Shown here: positions 62,523 through 64,000 of the stretch, piece by piece
Layout of the letters: every line of letters begins with the position of its first letter
Numbering within the stretch: position 1 is the first letter of the stretch
Assembly: GCF_021869535.1 (NCBI RefSeq)
Contig: NW_026262690.1
Location: forward strand, 83,080,001 to 83,144,000
Direction: 5' to 3'
Source: Mytilus californianus
Taxonomy: Eukaryota
DNA length: 64,000 nt
The notes under the pieces: model-generated
Database searches by the model: none
The model's input: only the letters and a program-made list of their open reading frames with translations
Told to the model about the DNA's origin: nothing
Position numbers and translations under genes: made by a program

Positions 62523-63482
62523 ATGAAGGGTTGTCTAGCTCTTCTTTGTCTCCTTCCAATCTGTCTATCGGCTCCACTATCTGGTAAGCACATAAAATCT
62601 ATATAATGAAGAGAATTTAAAGTTTGAATAGGATTTTCGTTTTGTGAAAATACAAGCCTTGGGTTTCGAATAACTTAGTAAAACTTCATGTTATTAAGAA
62701 AGGCAGTCTGTAACTATAAACTTATTTAAAATTTGGAATACAAGTACTAATATTCAAGCAATATTATATTATAAAGTGTCCATACATACTGCTTATTATT
62801 GGAGGGAGCGGTCTTTTAAATGATTGTCATTAGAGCAAAAGACGATTGGCTCGTGGTAATATTTCTGATTTCTTACCTCTCATAAATCTATTTGGAATAC
62901 ACTACATATAAATTTTACGATTTCCTACTAAGAGACTTCCAGACTAAAGATAAAAGAAACATACAACTTGTTCGTAAAGATGCAATTATTTCAAACTAGT
63001 TTGTAAAATATGGTATTGTGAAAAAATATTTTTACAATGTATTATTGATTGTATAAATATATTCCGATTTAGATGGGACTTTTGACCCGAACGCTCTAAA
63101 CAAGGATTTTGGTACTGGTGGTTTCGCCGGCAGTGGTGGATTTGGAACTGGCACAGGTGGTAGTTTTAATCCAAACGCTTTGAACCAAAACTTCGGAGGA
63201 GGTGGATTCGGCTCCATGTCAACATTTGCCGCATCGACTGTTGCTCCTTCTGGGACAACTGAAACATTTGATCCTAATAAAGTAAACAACTTCGGTAGCG
63301 GAACTGGATTTGGAGGAAGTGGTTTCGGTACAGGAAGTGGAAGTGGAACTGGAGGTTTTGGTTCCGGAACTGGTTTCGGTAGTGGTGGAAGTGGAACTGG
63401 TACCTTTGACCCGAATAAACTTAATGGTGGTACTGGAAGTGGTACCTTTGATCCAAATAAGCTCAATAGTTTTGGAAAATAA
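62523..63482 (+). CDS. Gene E: small secreted Gly/Phe/Thr-rich protein with five F[DN]PN motifs (156 aa)
   Basis: Exon 1 62523-62583 (MKGCLALLCLLPICLSAPLS, G|GTAAGC) plus exon 2 63073-63482 (acceptor gatttag; DGTFDPNALN...TFDPNKLNSFGK*). Phase 1; AATAAA at and just after the stop. Confidence 0.9.
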
Positions 63483-63839
63483 ATAAATTAAAGTCATTGT
63501 TGTTACATATACATTTAAGATTATTTCATTTTTAAAGTTTGATTAGTTATAATATATTTAACAAGAGGTCATCGACATAAAGTTATGTAGTTCACAAATC
63601 AAAAATGAACTGACACACACCCGTTTTAGTTTAGAAACGCTATGGAAAGAATAACAAGTGTAACAACAGGGTAGGCTTCTCAAGATGAAATAACACCATT
63701 AGACTTTTGTTTTCGTGCTTGGTTGCTGTGTGTCGTGTTTGTTTTTCGTTTATTGTTTTGTCATAAAAAGGTTCAGGATATTTAATATAGCTAGCTTATT
63801 CCGTCTAATTTTTTTTTAGAGAAATGAACGCATGTTATA

Positions 63840-64000
63840 TTCAAACTCATCACAGATACCAAAATTAACATTTTGTACGACAGATGCGCGTTTCGTCTAC
63901 AAAGACTCATCAGTGACGCTCGAATCAAAAATGTTAAAAAGGCTAAATAAAGTACGAAATTGAAGAGCATTGGAGACCCAAAATTCCGAAAGGTTTTTCC
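63840..64000 (-). repeat. Hammerhead-family repeat copy (motif at 63878-63918, nearly intact)
   Basis: Minus strand CGTCA-CTGATGA-GTCtttgtaGAC-GAAA-CGCGC-ATC-TGTCG; one mismatch each in stems I and III. Confidence 0.7.

Noticed and set aside
17647-63497. Antisense or alternative-frame ORFs over Gly/Ser exons (17647-17904, 19990-20454, 20023-20253, 20746-21183, 31328-31516, 31341-31550, 33061-33393, 40590-41053, 63032-63466, 63219-63497)
   Set aside because: These are shadows of repetitive codon usage in the real exons, with no independent signal peptide or splice logic.

Overview
AT-rich eukaryotic genomic DNA, most likely a Mytilus-type mussel (inferred from its interspersed repeats and degenerate Penelope-like remnants). 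There are no prokaryotic features. The six-frame ORF track fragments the real genes because they are spliced. Manual GT-AG reconstruction gives a cluster of five genes for secreted, low-complexity proteins, four on the minus strand (D 13891->~2792, A 23341->17574, B 35210->31007 and onward, C 44338->40376) and one on the plus strand (E 62523->63482). Each has a separate signal-peptide exon ending in a phase-1 intron, and all share an aromatic turn motif, roughly [FY]-[DN]-P-[NSD]-x-[VLM]-[NM] (FDPNKVN, FNPNAMM), mostly set in Gly/Ser/Gln spacers. Gene B looks like a prohormone-style polyprotein: pyroGlu-type starts, Gly-(K/R)R amidation/cleavage ends, and cleavage sites that are assembled across splice junctions. 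Gene D is a chain of symmetric phase-1 micro-exons with repeated Trp motifs. Non-coding highlights are a 4-copy ~2.85 kb tandem array between the divergent genes C and E, minimal type-I hammerhead ribozyme motifs (one structurally intact), a 28-bp E-box array, and two inserts flanked by 89-101 bp direct duplications. All gene models are hand-built, without transcript or homology support, and I do not recognise gene symbols.
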